55,539 bases of DNA from Candidatus Falkowbacteria bacterium (GTDB lineage: Bacteria; Patescibacteriota; Patescibacteriia; UBA11705; JABHMO01), in contig JACRNX010000019.1 in NCBI GenBank assembly GCA_016214755.1, forward strand, positions 1 to 55,539, in the 5' to 3' direction. The translations under genes were made by a program, and so were the position numbers. Under the pieces are notes generated by a model that made no database searches, was not told the DNA's origin, and saw nothing but the letters and a program-made list of their open reading frames with translations. Below, piece after piece: positions 8,836 to 16,861 of the stretch (position 1 is its first letter; every line of letters begins with the position of its first letter).

Positions 8836-8959
8836 TTCTTCTCCTTTCAGTTTGTTGAACTTTTCGCTACTGGGTTTACCATGAACCCGACCCCGCCATT
8901 ACGGGGGAGTGGTTCGTTGGTTTACCATGAACCCGAGGCACAAAGTGCCGAGTGATTCA

Positions 8960-9034
8960 TGGCTGGGGCGGCAGGATTCGAACCTGCGATAAGTGGATCC
9001 AAAGTCCACTGCCTTTCCACTTGGCGACGCCCCA
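8960..9034 (-). tRNA. tRNA-Gln(TTG)
   Basis: Cloverleaf; anticodon arm GTGGA-CTTTGGA-TCCAC; encoded CCA. Confidence 0.95.
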
Positions 9035-9104
9035 AACTTTCGCCAAAGGCGGAAGAAGATCCAAGTTTCAAGTTCAAAGTTTAAAAATCAAAGGTTAGAT
9101 CAAG

Positions 9105-9178
9105 TCGGAGCGGTAGGACTCGAACCTACGGCATCTTGCTCCCAAAGCAAGCGCGCTGCCGGACTGCGCCACGCTCCG
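9105..9178 (-). tRNA. tRNA-Pro(TGG)
   Basis: Arm CTTGC-TTTGGGA-GCAAG; GGTTCGAGTCC T-arm. Confidence 0.95.
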
Positions 9179-9227
9179 ATTGTTCGACTTCCAACTTCCT
9201 AGCTCCCATTTCCAACTTCCATTTTTG

Positions 9228-9300
9228 TGCCCCTAGGGGGAATCGAACCCGCCTCCTCCAGCTTGAAAGGCTGGCGACCTTGCCGTTAGTCTACAGGGGC
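9228..9300 (-). tRNA. tRNA-Glu(TTC)
   Basis: Arm CCAGC-CTTTCAA-GCTGG. Confidence 0.92.
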
Positions 9301-9343
9301 TACTTCCAATCTCCAACCTCCAACTTCTAACTTCTAATAATTG

Positions 9344-9417
9344 TGGACCCGCCGGGACTTGAACCCAGAACCTCTCGCGTATCAGACGAGCGCTCTATCC
9401 AATTGAGCTACGGATCC
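9344..9417 (-). tRNA. tRNA-Ile(GAT)
   Basis: Arm CTCGT-CTGATAC-GCGAG. Confidence 0.9.
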
Positions 9418-9430
9418 GACTGAATTTAAG

Positions 9431-9515
9431 AGGAAGGAGTGGGATTTGAACCCACGGAGGATTTCTCCCCAGTGGTTTTCAGGACCACCGCCTTAAGCCG
9501 CTCGGCCATCCTTCC
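9431..9515 (-). tRNA. tRNA-Ser(TGA)
   Basis: Long variable arm; arm GTGGT-CCTGAAA-ACCAC (C at position 33). Confidence 0.85.
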
Positions 9516-9537
9516 TTTTTCCTGAATAGAGCATTTG

Positions 9538-9622
9538 AGGAGAGGGTGGGATTTGAACCCACGGGAGCTTGCGCCCCGGCGATTTAGTAGACCGCCGTCA
9601 TAAGCCACTCGACCACCTCTCC
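9538..9622 (-). tRNA. tRNA-Ser(ACT)
   Basis: GGAGAGG acceptor, long variable arm; arm GCGGT-CTACTAA-ATCGC. Confidence 0.85.
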
Positions 9623-9677
9623 TTTGTGAAAAACGTACTCTAACCTCCAATCTCCAACCCCCCAACTTCCATTATTG

Positions 9678-9750
9678 TGCGTCTGGCGGGAATCGAACCC
9701 GCGGCCAACGGATTAAAAGTCCGCTGCTCTCCCAACTGAGCTACAGGCGC
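9678..9750 (-). tRNA. tRNA-Lys(TTT)
   Basis: Arm GCGGA-CTTTTAA-TCCGT. Confidence 0.95.
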
Positions 9751-9782
9751 TTCGAACAAATTTGAATGAACAAAGTTAAGTA

Positions 9783-9811
9783 ATTATAGCATTTTTTAAA
9801 TTAGAAGTCAA
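9783..9811 (-). promoter_or_regulatory. Promoter of the tRNA operon
   Basis: TTGACT-17-TATAAT on the minus strand, just upstream of tRNA-Lys. Confidence 0.75.
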
Positions 9812-9856
9812 TCATTAGCTAATATTTTATTTTAATTTAGCAAAAATTGAAAAATT

Positions 9857-9884
9857 AAAAGGAAGCGATGTAGCTTCCTTTTTC
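9857..9884. terminator. Terminator hairpin after the GT4 gene
   Basis: aaaaggaagc-gatgta-gcttcctttt. Confidence 0.55.
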
Positions 9885-9901
9885 AGCTGTGTTTTTGATT
9901 G

Positions 9902-11053
9902 TCAACACAATTCCTCTTTTATGGCATTAAAGACATTTAACAATTTCTGCGCCGTGGTATACCAGTTAAATTGCCGCGCGCGTTCAATGCCTTTCGCGCG
10001 ATAGGATTGGGCTACTTCTGGGATAAGCATTTCGTTCATTGCGCGGACTAAATCATTAACGTCAAATGGATTAATTAATAATGCGGCGGAGCCGCAGATT
10101 TCGGTCAGCGACGAATTGTTTGAAATAATCGTCGGACAGCCGCAGGCCATGGCTTCAAGCGGCGGAAATCCGAAACCTTCGTAATATGATGGATAGATGA
10201 ACATTGTGGCCGCGTTGTAAAAGTATCGTTTTTCGGCGTCTTTAATAAAATGGACGCAGAGGACGTTCGGCGTTCGCGCGATATCTTTTTCTATTTCAGC
10301 GCATTTCCAGCCGCGCTTGCCGGCGATGACTAAATTGTATTCAGGATGTTGCCGGTAAAACAACTGAAAAGCGGCAATTAATGTTTCCAGATTTTTTCGC
10401 GGCTCCAACGTTCCTAAAAATAGAATGAATTTGTCCGGCAGGCAATATCTTTTTTTGATTTCTTTAAAACGCCAGTCGTCCGTCTTGATAATTTTATAAT
10501 TATTGGCGACGCCGGAAAGGATGGTGATAATCTGTTTCGGGTTCAGCCCGTACGCGCTTGCCAAATCCTCACGGGTGTTGTTCGAAACAGCGATAATTTT
10601 AGCCGCCCTTTGAAACAATTTTTTCGGCTGAATTATTTTATGCCAAAGCCGGCGCTTCCAGTCAAGAAATTCCGGAAAAAATTTAAAGCTTATGTCGTGC
10701 GCAGTAATAACAAAAGGACAACGCGCCGCGAAAAAGGACAAATTCGGAAAGAAAAATAAGTCAATCGCTGGCGTTCCATGTTTTCGCTGAAGCCATAAAT
10801 CCAATCTCGGGCGATTAAATAAAATTAATGACAGATTCAGCAATTTATTCGGCCATTTAAATTCGCAATAATGGACATTGTCTTTCGGGAATTTGGGAAT
10901 ATATGGCCGGACGTTTTGGCGCGAATTATAAAAAAGGTAATATTGATTTTTATTGTCAATTTCAAAAAGGTGTTTCAGTAAATGAAAAGTGTACTCGCCA
11001 ACGCCGGTGAGTTCTTTCTCCATCAGGCAACGGATGTCAATGGCGATACGCAT
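9902..11053 (-). CDS. Glycosyltransferase family 4
   Basis: LGTLEPRKN, PSYYEGFGFPPLEAMACGCP. Confidence 0.9.
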   Translation of the reverse strand: MRIAIDIRCLMEKELTGVGEYTFHLLKHLFEIDNKNQYYLFYNSRQNVRPYIPKFPKDNVHYCEFKWPNKLLNLSLILFNRPRLDLWLQRKHGTPAIDLFFFPNLSFFAARCPFVITAHDISFKFFPEFLDWKRRLWHKIIQPKKLFQRAAKIIAVSNNTREDLASAYGLNPKQIITILSGVANNYKIIKTDDWRFKEIKKRYCLPDKFILFLGTLEPRKNLETLIAAFQLFYRQHPEYNLVIAGKRGWKCAEIEKDIARTPNVLCVHFIKDAEKRYFYNAATMFIYPSYYEGFGFPPLEAMACGCPTIISNNSSLTEICGSAALLINPFDVNDLVRAMNEMLIPEVAQSYRAKGIERARQFNWYTTAQKLLNVFNAIKEELC

Positions 11054-11149
11054 GGATTTAGAAAATAGAATCTAGAAAATAAAAAATAGAATTTGGAAAG
11101 AGAGCGCGAATTAATGAGTTCGAGGCAGGGAACCAAAAATTTTTGTTCC

Positions 11150-12235
11150 CTACTGCATCTTGGCGATAATAAATTCCTTGATTTTCCGTTTGAAAATTTC
11201 GATGTCGAATTGAAGAGAATGTTCGCGAATTTGATTTGGATTATAATCAGTCGGATTGAATCGTAAAATTTTATCCGCCAAATCTTCCCACGTTTGCTCT
11301 TCAAAAAAGACGCCGGTTTTGCTCTCGACGACTGTTTCAAGCGCGCCGCCGGCGCGATAGGCGATCACCGGCCGGCCAGAAGCCATCGCCTCTACCGCCG
11401 TGATGCCGAAATCCTCTAATTGCGGATTGAGAAACGCCAAACAATGGCTGTACAGTTCAGCGCGTTTTTTATCCGTTACCTTGCCGAGGAATTGAATGTT
11501 GCTTTTCGCGCTGGCTTTTAATCTTTTTAATAATGGGCCGTCGCCGAAGATTTTCAGCGCTATGTTTAAGCGATTGAAAGCGCTGACGGCGAGGTCGAAT
11601 CGTTTATAGCCGACGAGCCGGCCGCCGGCCAGAAAATAATTTTCCGTCCGGCCGGCGACATGAAATTTCCGCGTTTCCACCGGCGGGTGGATGATTTCAC
11701 TGTCGCGGTTATAGTATTTTTTAATCCGTTTTTGCACTTCTCGCGAATTGGCGATAAAGTGGTCAACGCGCTCGGCGGCGACCTTGTCCCATTGTCGCAA
11801 TTTGGTCAGAATGAGAGGCAGGAATTTTTTGATTAAAAAATTTTGTTGGAGTTCTTTCAGATAATTATGGCTGTCGGTCCAGAGAAAGCGCGGCGGCGTG
11901 TGACAATAACAAATGTGGGTGGCGTTTGGCGGCGGAATAATGCCTTTGGAAAAAATAGACGAGCTGGAGAAAATCAATTTATAATTATTGAGATTGTGGT
12001 GCTCGGTGGCGGCAGGCATGAGAGGCAAGAACCATTGATATTTTTTCACGCCGAAGGGAAACGCTTGAATAAAGGAAGGAATGATGTTTTTGTCATGAAA
12101 AAAAGAGTCCACATTTTGTTTGTCGAAGACAATGGTGTAAACAGGGCTTTGCGGAAAAATGTCAATCAGCGCTTTGACGACTTCTTCCGCGCCGCCGTCT
12201 TGCGTCAAATGGTCGTGCACTAAGGCGACGTTCAT
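11150..12235 (-). CDS. Glycosyltransferase family 4
   Basis: VHDHLTQDGGAE, CYCHTPPR, EDFGITAVEAMASGRPV. Confidence 0.9.
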   Translation of the reverse strand: MNVALVHDHLTQDGGAEEVVKALIDIFPQSPVYTIVFDKQNVDSFFHDKNIIPSFIQAFPFGVKKYQWFLPLMPAATEHHNLNNYKLIFSSSSIFSKGIIPPPNATHICYCHTPPRFLWTDSHNYLKELQQNFLIKKFLPLILTKLRQWDKVAAERVDHFIANSREVQKRIKKYYNRDSEIIHPPVETRKFHVAGRTENYFLAGGRLVGYKRFDLAVSAFNRLNIALKIFGDGPLLKRLKASAKSNIQFLGKVTDKKRAELYSHCLAFLNPQLEDFGITAVEAMASGRPVIAYRAGGALETVVESKTGVFFEEQTWEDLADKILRFNPTDYNPNQIREHSLQFDIEIFKRKIKEFIIAKMQ

Positions 12236-12422
12236 AAATAATGGAAGTTAGAGGTTGGAGATTGGAGGTTAGATTAGAAATTGGAGATTAGAGTTGAATT
12301 GATTTAATATCTAATTAAATTTTCATTTTTCAAATCTCTAAAATTTTGACATTCAATCATTAGTCATTGGGCATTTATTAGGTTAATTAGATCAATTATG
12401 GACATCACATTATGAAAACGCA

Positions 12423-12548
12423 CTAAGAAATAAGAAAAAATCGATGAGCTGCGAAGTTTTGGAGCGTGAAAAAATTTGAGTCGTAGCCATAGCTACGATG
12501 AAAATTTTTTCCGCGAAAAACAAGCGGATCGCGATTAGAGTTCTTCAG
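12423..12548. repeat. ~125-bp imperfect palindromic element
   Basis: Central tcgtagc-cata-gctacga flanked by gaaaaaattt/aaattttttc and aatcg/cgatt. Confidence 0.55.
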
Positions 12549-12595
12549 AAAATAAAAGTAGGGGCAGGATTAAATTCCGTCCCTACTTTTTGCCT

Positions 12596-14029
12596 CTATA
12601 CTTTTGATTTTCTTGTCAGCACGCCCCAAGGGGTTTTCAGCAAAATCCAAAAGTCCAATTTCAGCGACCAATTTTCAATGTAATAAGTGTCAAGTTTGAC
12701 TTCTTCTTCAAAATCCAAGTCGCTGCGGCCGGAAATTTGCGCCAGTCCGGTTACGCCGGGTTTTATATCAAACACGCGGCGATGATGCTTCTCGTATTTT
12801 TCCACTTCCCGCGGCTGGTGCGGCCTCGGACCGACCAAACTCATCTGGCCGAGCCAGACATTGAACAATTGCGGCAATTCGTCCAAAGAAGTGCATTCCA
12901 AAAAACGTCCGATTATCGTCCGGCGTGGGTCATGCAAAATTTTATAAACCGGACCGTGCCGCTCAGATTGTTTTTTAATTAACGCTTGTTCGAATTCTAA
13001 CGCCTTCTTTTGGTCAGTTTGTTTTTCAAATTGCTGGCCGGTGCAATATTTCACGTACATTGAACGGAATTTGTAAACATTGAAAGTGCCGCGCGTCGTG
13101 ACCCGTTCGTTTTTATAAATCGCCGGCCCCCAGTTCTCTAGTCGCACCAGAATAGCGATTAAAACTAAAAGCGGACTTAAGATGACAATCAAAATAGTGC
13201 TGAAAATAAAATCAATCACCCGTTTAATGATTTTTTCCCAGCCGTCCAGTTTGGTTTTTTTGATTTCCACCAGCGGCACGCCGGCGATCATGTGGACCTC
13301 GACGTTCGTGGTTCTTGATTCGAATTGGCCGGCGGCGTATTTGAAAATAATATTGTGTTCATAAGTGAAATCAAGGAGCGCGCTCGAAACGCGTCGAGGC
13401 AAACTCGAATCGGTCTGAATGATTTCATCAATGCCTTTTTCCTCGTGCGATTTTAAAAGTTTTTCTTTATCGTCTTCGTCAAATTTTTCCAAATGAGCAA
13501 TGACTTTATAGCCGAGTTGCGGCTGTTCTCTGAATGTTTTTATAATTTCCTCAGTATTTTTATCATTGCCGACAATCACCACGTGATGGTTGCCCCAGCC
13601 ATGTTTCAGCGTCAAATTCTGAAATTTTCTGACTACTCCGCGTTCGATGATGATAAAAATAATGCTAAAAATCCAAGCGGCAAGCACGATGAAACGCGAA
13701 GAAAAAAGTTCGCGCACGAAAAACATGTAAATGATGATGGCGGTCATTCCAGTCGAGCAGGCGAGAATGATTTTCGCGAGTTCGTCGGTGATTTTTCGTT
13801 TGGCGAACGAGTAAAGTCCCGCCCAGGCGAAAAATACTAACCAAATGGCGGCGATCAAAAGGACAAAGGATAGATAATTTTTTGTCGGCAGATCAAAAAT
13901 TACCGGCCGGATTTCTTGCACTGGTTGAAAATGGCGGATGGAGTAGGCGATGATAGCTGCCAGGATTAAAGTTAAATAATCAAGCGGGATTTTTAAAAAA
14001 GTAAAAAAAAGTTCTGCTTGTTTTTTCAT
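12596..14029 (-). CDS. Polyprenyl glycosylphosphotransferase (sugar transferase, WcaJ/WbaP-like)
   Basis: N-terminal TMs; KFRSM, SLDELPQLFNV, GQMSLVGPRP, PGVTGLAQISGR; start set at MKKQ. Confidence 0.92.
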   Translation of the reverse strand: MKKQAELFFTFLKIPLDYLTLILAAIIAYSIRHFQPVQEIRPVIFDLPTKNYLSFVLLIAAIWLVFFAWAGLYSFAKRKITDELAKIILACSTGMTAIIIYMFFVRELFSSRFIVLAAWIFSIIFIIIERGVVRKFQNLTLKHGWGNHHVVIVGNDKNTEEIIKTFREQPQLGYKVIAHLEKFDEDDKEKLLKSHEEKGIDEIIQTDSSLPRRVSSALLDFTYEHNIIFKYAAGQFESRTTNVEVHMIAGVPLVEIKKTKLDGWEKIIKRVIDFIFSTILIVILSPLLVLIAILVRLENWGPAIYKNERVTTRGTFNVYKFRSMYVKYCTGQQFEKQTDQKKALEFEQALIKKQSERHGPVYKILHDPRRTIIGRFLECTSLDELPQLFNVWLGQMSLVGPRPHQPREVEKYEKHHRRVFDIKPGVTGLAQISGRSDLDFEEEVKLDTYYIENWSLKLDFWILLKTPWGVLTRKSKV

Positions 14030-14070
14030 ATATTTTGTCCATCGCAATTATTGTAGCATTTTTTTAACAA

Positions 14071-14099
14071 TTGACAAAATAATGGATTTTGGCTATAAT
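14071..14099 (+). promoter_or_regulatory. rnpB promoter
   Basis: TTGACA-17-TATAAT immediately before the RNase P RNA. Confidence 0.85.
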
Positions 14100-14105
14100 C
14101 TTTGG

Positions 14106-14447
14106 GCCTTAAACAAGCAGCACTGCCGCTCTGCTTCGACTAATGTCGAGGCGGGGAGGAAAGTCCGGACATTCAGCCATTAAATTGACACGGGTAGCAG
14201 GTAATCCCTGTCGATCGTGAGATAGAGTTGCGAACAGTGACGCCGCGAGAAGCGATTCGCGCGGGACCCTTCGGGGTTAATCGCTATGGAAACATAGCGG
14301 GTGAAACGGCTAAATACTTACCTGAATGCAAGGGCAAGTTTGGTAGCCCGCATGAGCCCCGCCGCGAGGCGGGGTCCAGATAGATGGCAGTTAAAACCCC
14401 GCATTTTGCGGGGTAAACAGAATCCGGCTTACTCGCTTGTTTAGGGC
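14106..14447 (+). ncRNA. rnpB: RNase P RNA
   Basis: GAGGAAAGTCCGG, GGGTGAAACGG, CAGATAGATGG and ACAGAATCCGGCTTA; P1 gccttaaacaagc/gcttgtttagggc; P2 actgcc/ggcagt. Confidence 0.93.
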
Positions 14448-14520
14448 TTTTTTTATTGACTTTGTTGCCGAGTTGATTTATTATTTGATTGTTCCTGCCC
14501 TCTGGCAGGCGGAGGTTGGC

Positions 14521-14709
14521 ATGGATAAAGACGAAGAGGTCGTCGGCGCCGAGGATAATTCGTTAAAGAAAAAGAAACCGAAAAGGGAAGACAAGGTTAC
14601 GGCCAGTATAACGGCTGCCGACGTCGCCGAAGGTATTGTTGAAACTGTTGGTAATGTCGCTAGCGCTGTTGCTGAAGCAATTTTTGATGTTGACCTTCCT
14701 GATTTTTAA
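14521..14709 (+). CDS. 62-aa acidic hypothetical protein
   Basis: ggagg SD before ATG 14521; TTGACT-17-TATTAT upstream; hairpin at about 14716-14745 downstream. Confidence 0.6.
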   Translation: MDKDEEVVGAEDNSLKKKKPKREDKVTASITAADVAEGIVETVGNVASAVAEAIFDVDLPDF

Positions 14710-14750
14710 AAAGTGAAACCGCAGATTCACAATCTGGCGGTTTTTATTTT

Positions 14751-14990
14751 TTAAATATTATTGCGATCGCGGCGCCAATTTCGCGGATTATTTTGAATAT
14801 ACCAACGGGCGTGCTCCAATTCGTCATCATCGCGCAAAACGCGATCAAAATATGATTTTTGCCATTGAAAAGAAATATGGCGATGTTTATTGATTATTCT
14901 TGTTACCGCGGATTTAAATTGTTGGATGAATTGTGAGATGCCGCAATTTTTTATCGGTAGGGAACGCATATATGCGTTCCCTACCGTCAT
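14751..14990 (-). pseudogene. C-terminal remnant of a REP-associated tyrosine transposase (RAYT, Y1_Tnp)
   Basis: IQQFKS...WQKSYFDRVLRDDDEL...YIQNNPRNW; no HUH motif; the 5' end is a GTAG REP. Confidence 0.8.
14957..14984. repeat. GTAG-type REP palindrome (representative of about 10 copies)
   Basis: gtagggaacgcatatatgcgttccctac, identical at 34670 and 41662; variants at 11125, 12558, 16815, 31762, 42703, 54337 and 55367. Confidence 0.9.
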
Positions 14991-14999
14991 TATTATTAT

Positions 15000-15971
15000 T
15001 TACAACCCAACGGCGTCCTTGATTTGCTCCATCTTTTGTCCGGCGATTTTTCGCGCCCGCTCGGCGCCGTCGGATAATATTTTTTCCGCTTGATCGTCGG
15101 AGACGGCCTGGAATTTCTTTTGAATCGGCTGGGTGAATTTAACGATTTGTTCCGCTAAGTCCGACTTGAAATCAGCATAGCCCTTACCATTGAATTTTTT
15201 TTCGATTTGGCTGAAGTCCAAGCCCGTTGTCAACGAGTAAATCGTCATCAGATTAGAAATTGCCGGACGGTCAGCGCCATATTTTATTTCTGAACCAGAA
15301 TCAGTGACTGCTTTTTTTATTTTTTTACGAATTAAGTCAGCAGAGTCGGTTAGAGCGATGTAATTATATTCAGAAGCAGCGCTCTTGCTCATTTTCTTTT
15401 CCGGATTATCCAGCCCTTTGAGCCGCGCGCTGATTTTATTTATTTTCGCTTGCGGCAATTTCAAAATGTCAGCGTAAAGGTTGTTAAATTTTTGCGCGAT
15501 GGCGCGCGTCAGCTCAACGTGCTGAACCTGGTCTTCGCCAACTGGGACAAAGTCCGTATCGTAAAGCAGAATATCCGCCGCCATCAGGCAGGGGTAAGTG
15601 AATAATCCAGCATTGATATTCTCTTTATGCTGTTTGGATTTATCTTTGAATTGAGTCATTCGTTCAAGTTCAGCGATCGGCGTCACGCAATTCAAAATCC
15701 AACCCAGTTCAATGTGCTCTTGAACGTCCGATTGTCTGAAAATAATGTGTTTGTCCGGATTCAGTCCCGAGGCGAGATAAATTTTCAAAAGATTAAGCGT
15801 GTTACGCCGCAATTCTTCTGGTTTTTGATAAACAGTTAAAGCGTGCAGGTCGGCGATGAAAAAAACGCAATCAAATTTTTTTTGCAAGGCGAGCCAGTTA
15901 TGAATGGCGCCGAAATAATTGCCGAGATGGATGATGCCGGTCGGCTGGATGCCGGAGAGGATGCGTTTCAT
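15000..15971 (-). CDS. trpS: Tryptophan--tRNA ligase
   Basis: SGIQPTG, HLGN, VPVGEDQ, KMSKS. Confidence 0.97.
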   Translation of the reverse strand: MKRILSGIQPTGIIHLGNYFGAIHNWLALQKKFDCVFFIADLHALTVYQKPEELRRNTLNLLKIYLASGLNPDKHIIFRQSDVQEHIELGWILNCVTPIAELERMTQFKDKSKQHKENINAGLFTYPCLMAADILLYDTDFVPVGEDQVQHVELTRAIAQKFNNLYADILKLPQAKINKISARLKGLDNPEKKMSKSAASEYNYIALTDSADLIRKKIKKAVTDSGSEIKYGADRPAISNLMTIYSLTTGLDFSQIEKKFNGKGYADFKSDLAEQIVKFTQPIQKKFQAVSDDQAEKILSDGAERARKIAGQKMEQIKDAVGL

Positions 15972-16027
15972 AAAATTAAAAATATAAAAAATTAAGAAAT
16001 TAAAAAATGAAAATTGCTACAAATTAC

Positions 16028-16262
16028 CCTTCGACGGGTTCGACAAGCTCACCGCAGGCAAGCTCAGGGCAAGCTTATCACTACGAATGTTACAAATAAA
16101 AACCTTTGACCATCTGTCTCAAAAATCCGTACCAGAGTGTCATGGTGAGGCTCTCAAACCACGACACTGTCACCCTTCGAGAGCCTCAGGGTGACAGAAA
16201 GAACGCAATTGTCATCCTGAGGTGCGAGTCCCGACGTAAAGTCGGGACGAGCCTCGAAGGAC
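16028..16262. repeat. Cluster of GTCA-type REP-like palindromes
   Basis: cccttcgac...gctcaggg, gtcacccttcgagagcctcagggtgac, gtcatcctgaggtgcgagtcccgacgtaaagtcgggacgagcctcgaagg. Confidence 0.8.
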
Positions 16263-16372
16263 GTAATCCGTATTTAAATTATAGCAAACAGCCATGAAAA
16301 CGCCAGTATTGACATTTGGATTTAAGTTGATTATGCTCAAATGAGCAGGTGGACCTTAACAAGGAGGAAAGC

Positions 16373-16735
16373 ATGAAAGCAAAGATTCAGGCGTCGTTGA
16401 AAAAGTTGTTTCCGTATGGGACGATTAATAAAGAGCGAGACGTTTTCAAAATTTTGAATGGGTTTTACCGCCTGGCCGTGGAATTTGAAACCGGCCCAGT
16501 GAGAGTTTATTATGGCCCTATTGTCGGCGTTGAAATTCATGAGCTCGGAGGAGTGATTAGGTTTAATGTAAAAATCCAAAATGCTTTTGGCAAGGATGGA
16601 GAGTTTGTCGCGTGCGTTGATTATGACTGGACGGATGGCGATTGCCGTGTTTATTATGAAAAAGAGAAAGGTATTTCGCGGACTGTTAAATGTTTCAAAT
16701 TCAGTGTTTTCTCTTCGGATGGCAAATTGATTTAA
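16373..16735 (+). CDS. Hypothetical protein
   Basis: aaggagg SD, TTGACA-17-TATGCT promoter upstream, hairpin downstream. Confidence 0.65.
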   Translation: MKAKIQASLKKLFPYGTINKERDVFKILNGFYRLAVEFETGPVRVYYGPIVGVEIHELGGVIRFNVKIQNAFGKDGEFVACVDYDWTDGDCRVYYEKEKGISRTVKCFKFSVFSSDGKLI

Positions 16736-16861
16736 AAATCACAGCGCCCCGACGCAACATCGGGGCGCTATTTAATTTGTCTAATTAAAGATGGGTTCTC
16801 CGAAATTTTTTGAAGTAGGGACAGGGCAGTGCTCTGTCCCTACGGTCCTTTAAAATATTTT

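Noticed and set aside
9431-9515. Reading this tRNA as Phe(GAA) or a recoding tRNA
   Set aside because: The stem register fixes the loop as CCTGAAA (anticodon TGA), and the long variable arm is Ser-type
8993-9665. ORFs overlapping the tRNA cluster
   Set aside because: Fully explained by the tRNA genes and heptamer spacers
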